DNA of 64,000 bases. It comes from Candidatus Omnitrophota bacterium (lineage in GTDB: Bacteria; Omnitrophota; Gorgyraeia; Tantalellales; Tantalellaceae). A program made the position numbers and the translations under genes. Below, in pieces: positions 63,801-64,000 of the stretch (position 1 is the stretch's first letter; every line of letters starts with the position of its first letter). The stretch is taken from the NCBI GenBank assembly GCA_028715965.1, contig JAQUQS010000006.1:50163-114162 (forward strand), written 5' to 3'. Below the pieces are notes generated by a model that searched no databases, had not been told where the DNA came from, and worked only from the letters and a program-made list of their open reading frames with translations.

Positions 63801-64000
63801 GAATATGTTCAGGATACTTATACAGGCCGCCAGGGACCGGTTAAGACCTGTTCTTATGACCACCGGGACCACCATATTCGGGCTTCTGCCCATGGCGTTG
63901 GACAAAAGTGAGGGGTCCAATCTATGGAATCCCCTGGCTATAACGGTTATTGGCGGGCTTTTGTTCTCTACGCCGCTCACGCTTGTCATGGTCCCGGCCA
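60883..64000 (+). CDS. RND family efflux transporter (AcrB/MdtC-like), subunit 2, 3' end beyond window
   Basis: The ATG is at 60883 (MSLSSFSIKKPITTIMIFTALCLMGVISLTRLPVELYPD). The frame stays open to the window end with RND topology and the motif GLALGVGMLVDNSIVVFENI. It is not listed in the ORF track because no stop occurs within the window. Confidence 0.85.
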   Translation, partial: MSLSSFSIKKPITTIMIFTALCLMGVISLTRLPVELYPDVSFGQISIIMYIRGGIPPTEVETMVTKPIEEAISTVSHLERVLSISKEGEATVVLSFDRGIDMQLAAMEVREKFAKVKEKMPKEAEKPIIAQFSQTDVPIVIFAVTSRKKTTEELRKIVDENIKERIKRINGVANVEVGGGRERKIIIEADEQALKRYAVSLNRLISALGANNLNLLTGELEKEDKKVLIRAIGQYVTVEDIKSTVVLSRPDGSTVRVRDLADVKDSYLEPQTYARINIKPIVSVYVQKESKANTIKVSQAILEGVEELRTILPDDIELIVTKNQAEFIRTSISNLKDSLLRGAAMIIFILMLFMGKLGRHAAYIVPVGLGVSVFAPPLFLYVLLIGLVGFLLLFKSYRPIFIVAVSIPISLIVTFGLMDMSNMFVPAIMDLTINFITLFGLALGVGMLVDNSIVVFENIVTKSEQGLDQVEAAINGSTEMNVVIFASTLTTVIVFLPMLFVSKSMSLLYGGVAWTVTFSLCVSLFVALMIVPLMSSRVKVAEKGGMSQEVKEGFLKPFYALQEKALFFVFRRRFMIIGIATFLFFVAMFIYGKLGKEYLGTTEQNKFTVFIELPTGAKLDSSDDIVRNVEEILREVPEVKSFTARVEGWSSKVYVDLVGLKSRKRSVAEVIESLRPKVERLQPAFIYFEEEQEVGTKEIILNVFGHDYEILREIAIAITTRMGRVPYFTDTKIRMREGRPELDLRIDKQKSAHFNFNTKDVADMVHAKVRGVRATMFHTRSAEVETIVRMKEKDRRTVKDIHSLSVSKAGDDRVALDQIVDFEYGLGPSEIWRKDRARMIQVSANVGELSLGQAAQILDKELVDLKLPEDYFYEIGGDYPTLMKTQSEFGMTIVVIIVLIYLVLASIFESYRQPFIIMVTVMLATIGAIGALYMTKTTVGMGALIGMMMLAGIVVNNGIILVEHANELKVQRRNMFRILIQAARDRLRPVLMTTGTTIFGLLPMALDKSEGSNLWNPLAITVIGGLLFSTPLTLVMVPA

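Overview
The window is a 64-kb stretch of a Gram-negative bacterial chromosome, roughly 50% GC, and is mostly housekeeping genes. The 2-oxoacid:ferredoxin oxidoreductase, the LpxI route to lipid A and several giant ORFs suggest an uncultivated anaerobe (possibly Omnitrophota-like), but that is inference only.

Gene content, in order:
- **1-4.2 kb:** ctc(C-term)-pth, then rpsF-ssb-rpsR-rplI-dnaB.
- **4.2-11.4 kb:** bamA-skp-lpxC-fabZ-lpxI, convergent with lpxB and a Gfo/Idh/MocA oxidoreductase.
- **11.6-13.9 kb:** a minimal Fe-S cluster operon (nfu-like, iscR, iscS, iscU).
- **14.0-23.1 kb:** 5-FTHF cyclo-ligase, rny-ymdB-xseA-xseB-dxs, and a four-subunit 2-oxoacid:ferredoxin oxidoreductase.
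- **23.1-28.1 kb:** gltX, tRNA-Gln, glnS.
- **28.4-35.9 kb:** two giant secreted coiled-coil proteins (1142 and 1012 aa, the second ending in an OmpA_C peptidoglycan-binding domain) plus two small secreted proteins.
- **36.4-39.4 kb:** a clan GH-A glycoside hydrolase, a REC-histidine kinase hybrid and a stand-alone REC.
- **39.4-44.8 kb:** an MSHA/type IV pilus-like secretin operon on the minus strand (TPR proteins, PilQ-like secretin, PilP-like protein, ExeA-like ATPase).
- **44.9-49.4 kb:** tRNA-Leu and tRNA-Glu, a PilZ protein, ychF, a ROK protein and a zinc-ribbon protein.
- **49.5-64.0 kb:** a 2222-aa secreted TPR/charged-helix protein fused to a C-terminal TolC-like outer-membrane factor, then an HlyD-like membrane fusion protein and two tandem AcrB-like RND pumps.

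Most interesting:
- A 1.4-kb AT-rich islet at tRNA-Gln bounded by a duplicated tRNA 3' end. It carries one TIR-like (DUF4062-like) protein whose C-terminus (EDLEVPF) copies the host SSB tail (DNEVPF).
- A degenerate tRNA-Gln 5' fragment interrupted by two mutually complementary insertions of about 40 nt.
- The giant TolC-fusion, membrane fusion protein and double-RND module, which contains near-identical internal repeats.
- The OmpA-anchored giant coiled-coil pair.
- A duplicated tRNA-Leu trailer-plus-terminator unit.
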